In this document: positions 56,539-58,559 of the stretch, one piece after another | How positions within the stretch are numbered: position 1 is the stretch's first letter | How the letters are laid out: each line of letters begins with the position of its first letter | DNA from: an uncultured Dehalococcoidia bacterium | GTDB lineage: Bacteria; Chloroflexota; Dehalococcoidia; Lucifugimonadales; OSU-TB39 | DNA length: 58,559 nucleotides | Direction: 5' to 3' | Assembly: GCA_964645865.1 (NCBI GenBank) | Contig: CAZYCG010000002.1 | Span: 1 to 58,559, forward strand | Translations under genes and position numbers: made by a program | Notes under the pieces: model-generated | Seen by the model: the letters and a program-made list of their open reading frames with translations, nothing else | Told to the model about the DNA's origin: nothing | Database searches by the model: none

Positions 56539-57615
56539 ATGTTCAATATTATAAAATCTAAAAACCCAAATGTCAGATTGACTTTTAACTTTATTTTGGG
56601 TTTATTGGTCAGTGTTGTGTTGATGAGTATTTTCTTTTTCACTTTAGAAATTGACTCACTGGTTGCTACGCTTAAAACGGTAAATTATTGGTTAATAATA
56701 CCTTCTGTCATAAGTTATATGATTTCTGTTTTTTTCAGGGCATTAAGATGGAAATATCTTCTTATTCATTTAAAGCATATAAGGATGAAAATTTTATATG
56801 TTGTTGTTGTTATTGGTTATATGGCTAACAGTTTGTTGCCTATGCGAATAGGGGAGCTAGTAAGAAGTTACTATTTAAGTAATGAATCAAATATTAGTAA
56901 GTCATCAGTTTTAGCTACTATTTTGGTTGAAAGGGTCCTCGACGCAGTGACTTTATTGTTGTTTATAGGTATAGGGGCAATTTTCGTTCCAATGGCAGGA
57001 ATTTCTTCAATAGTACCTTTTGGAATAAATATATCTTCAAGCATATTGGCAGTTTTGTTTGTTTCTATATTTTTGGGTACTTTTATAGTGCTAATTATTA
57101 TAGCTAAAAACCCTTCGCAATCGACAAGTTTTGCAGTTAAGGTAACGGCATTATTATCTCTGCCGTTCAAAAGTAAAATTGATTCTTTTATAAAGACATT
57201 TTTTGAAGGCTTAATATCATTGAGGCATTTGAAAAATGTTGTATTTTTGTTGATTTTATCCGTTCCTGTTTGGGGATTCGAGGCTGGCGTCTTTTCAATA
57301 ATGGCCCATGCTTTTCATATAAATGATGTTTTTGACAATTGGTGGCAGTTTATACTTTTAATGGTTTTAACTACTTCGATATCAAATGTTGGTAGTTCAG
57401 TGCCTGCCGCTCCTGGAGGTATAGGCTTATTTGAATTGGTTGCGAGAGAAACTATCGTATGGTTGCCGTTTGGTAATATAACAAGATCTGTAGCTGGGGG
57501 TTATGTGGCAATGGTTCATGCTGTTTTGATTATACCTTTGATTATATTGGGACAAATATTTTTGTGGACTATGAACTTCCAGTCAATCAGAGGTGTGTTT
57601 AGCGAAGAAAAATAG
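56539..57615 (+). CDS. UPF0104 / MprF-flippase-like (lysylphosphatidylglycerol synthase TM region) membrane protein
   Basis: 358 aa, about 8 TM spans. FFRALRWKYLL and PMRIGELVR motifs. It lies 2 nt after the previous gene. Confidence 0.7.
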   Translation: MFNIIKSKNPNVRLTFNFILGLLVSVVLMSIFFFTLEIDSLVATLKTVNYWLIIPSVISYMISVFFRALRWKYLLIHLKHIRMKILYVVVVIGYMANSLLPMRIGELVRSYYLSNESNISKSSVLATILVERVLDAVTLLLFIGIGAIFVPMAGISSIVPFGINISSSILAVLFVSIFLGTFIVLIIIAKNPSQSTSFAVKVTALLSLPFKSKIDSFIKTFFEGLISLRHLKNVVFLLILSVPVWGFEAGVFSIMAHAFHINDVFDNWWQFILLMVLTTSISNVGSSVPAAPGGIGLFELVARETIVWLPFGNITRSVAGGYVAMVHAVLIIPLIILGQIFLWTMNFQSIRGVFSEEK

Positions 57616-57733
57616 AATCTATAATTAAAAATGCAACTACTTCTGTCGTGCCTTTGTAATTGATAATGATTTGATTGTGGCTGAAACCCCCGCTGTGCTA
57701 TCATTTTGTATGTTATTAAAATAGGTTTGATTG

Positions 57734-58207
57734 ATGACTAAAATAAGTTCTGAAATTGCTATAGAGATAAGGGGGGTTTTAGAATCCCTAGACACAAAAA
57801 AATCAACAGTTCTATCATCATTGTTAGCAATACATGATGAATTGCATTATTTGCCGAAAGAGGCTATAGAAGAAGTAGCTGCCTACCAAGAAGTTAGTAT
57901 AAATGATGTTTGGGGCGTGGCAACCTTTTACACTAATTTTAGAATCACTACTCCCCCTACTAAACACCAAGTAGAGGTTTGTTGGGGGCCAACATGTCAT
58001 TTGATGGGAGCTGGTACTGTGTTGGGTGCTGTGCAGCGTGAATTGGATTTGAGCGGTGAGGGAGATACTTCTGATGGGAGTGTATGTTTGAAATATAATA
58101 CTTGTATCGGAGCCTGTTCCCAAGCTCCGGTTATGATGATAGACCACGAAATAATTGGGAAAGTCACTCCAGAATCGGCAATGAAAATGTTAAAGGAACT
58201 TGATTAA
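57734..58207 (+). CDS. nuoE: NuoE/HoxE-like [2Fe-2S] thioredoxin-fold subunit
   Basis: CWGPTCHLMG...CIGACSQAPVM four-Cys pattern. About 157 aa. Confidence 0.85.
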   Translation: MTKISSEIAIEIRGVLESLDTKKSTVLSSLLAIHDELHYLPKEAIEEVAAYQEVSINDVWGVATFYTNFRITTPPTKHQVEVCWGPTCHLMGAGTVLGAVQRELDLSGEGDTSDGSVCLKYNTCIGACSQAPVMMIDHEIIGKVTPESAMKMLKELD

Positions 58208-58213
58208 ATAAAA

Positions 58214-58559
58214 ATGAGCTTATTTGCTGAAATAGAAGCTGAATCTAAATCCATTTGGAACGACATTGAGGGTGGAGAAAAGCCGTTTATTAGAATTGGG
58301 ACTGCGATGTGTGGAGTTGCTGTTGGAGCAAATGCAGTAGTGGATGAAGTTAAAAATTTCGTGAATAATAACGATATTGATGCAACGGTTAGTGAGGTGG
58401 GGTGTATAGGAATTTGTTTTGCAGAGCCAATCCTAGATATAAAAATTCCTGATGGTACCAGATTACTTTATGGAAATGTAAGTCCCGAAAATGTGTCAAA
58501 TATCATAGATGGCTGTTTGGTGAAATCAGATTTTCCTAAATCAAATTTGATTGGGGCTT
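58214..58559 (+). CDS. NuoF/HoxF/HydB-like flavoprotein subunit, N-terminal thioredoxin-like ferredoxin domain (3' end beyond the window)
   Basis: My own translation from the ATG at 58214 is MSLFAEIEAESKSIWNDIEGGEKPFIRIGTAMCGVAVGA...GCIGICFAEP.... The frame is open to the window end. It lies directly after the nuoE-like gene. Confidence 0.6.
   Translation, partial: MSLFAEIEAESKSIWNDIEGGEKPFIRIGTAMCGVAVGANAVVDEVKNFVNNNDIDATVSEVGCIGICFAEPILDIKIPDGTRLLYGNVSPENVSNIIDGCLVKSDFPKSNLIGA

Noticed and set aside
1-58559. CRISPR arrays, IS elements, integrases, prophage, toxin-antitoxin or defence-system genes.
   Set aside because: I saw no regularly spaced direct repeats and no transposase, integrase or phage-like ORFs. 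Every ORF above 100 aa has a plausible housekeeping, metabolic or envelope assignment, or is discussed above. My repeat detection by eye is limited.

Overview
The window is AT-rich (about one-third G+C by eye, not computed) and very tightly packed. I count about 60 protein genes. Many have 4-8 nt start/stop overlaps (ATGA type) and TTG/GTG starts. I saw no rRNA, tRNA, CRISPR array, transposase, integrase or phage gene, so it reads as core chromosome of a streamlined genome, not an accessory island.

Content in order:
- proBA
- TolB-like lipoprotein, A24 prepilin peptidase and an amidase
- An eight-gene corrinoid methyl-transfer operon (6.9-13.8 kb)
- Assorted oxidoreductases and thyX
- An LprG-like lipoprotein translationally coupled to an MFS pump
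- An LPXTG-type surface protein
- ubiE/menG, nnr, acpS, then metF and folD (divergent), then queA
- A SelA-like PLP enzyme and a thiolase
- The pantothenate cluster (panE, panC, panB and a DUF2520 reductase-like gene), preceded by a terminator-containing leader
- The pyruvate dehydrogenase operon (lpdA-pdhABC) and thiamine pyrophosphokinase
- rph, then rpmH-rnpA-yidD-(PQQ beta-propeller)-yidC-jag
- serS, thpR and ftsY
- A trio of large membrane proteins (YYY-motif DUF2298 protein, GT-C/PMT-like partner, UPF0104 flippase-like protein)
- The start of a NuoE/NuoF-like flavoprotein module

The YYYxG membrane family, the LPXTG signal, the LprG-MFS pair and ThyX together suggest a monoderm, probably a marine Chloroflexota lineage. 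This is an inference only.

The most interesting items are:
- The corrinoid operon. MetH-like modules are encoded as separate proteins, together with a Zn-type URO-D methyltransferase, a RACo activase and three unassigned ORFs.
- The uncharacterised GT-C-like membrane trio.
- The candidate attenuator upstream of the pan operon.
- A 104-nt dual-coding yidC/jag overlap.
- A proB gene with no canonical start codon.
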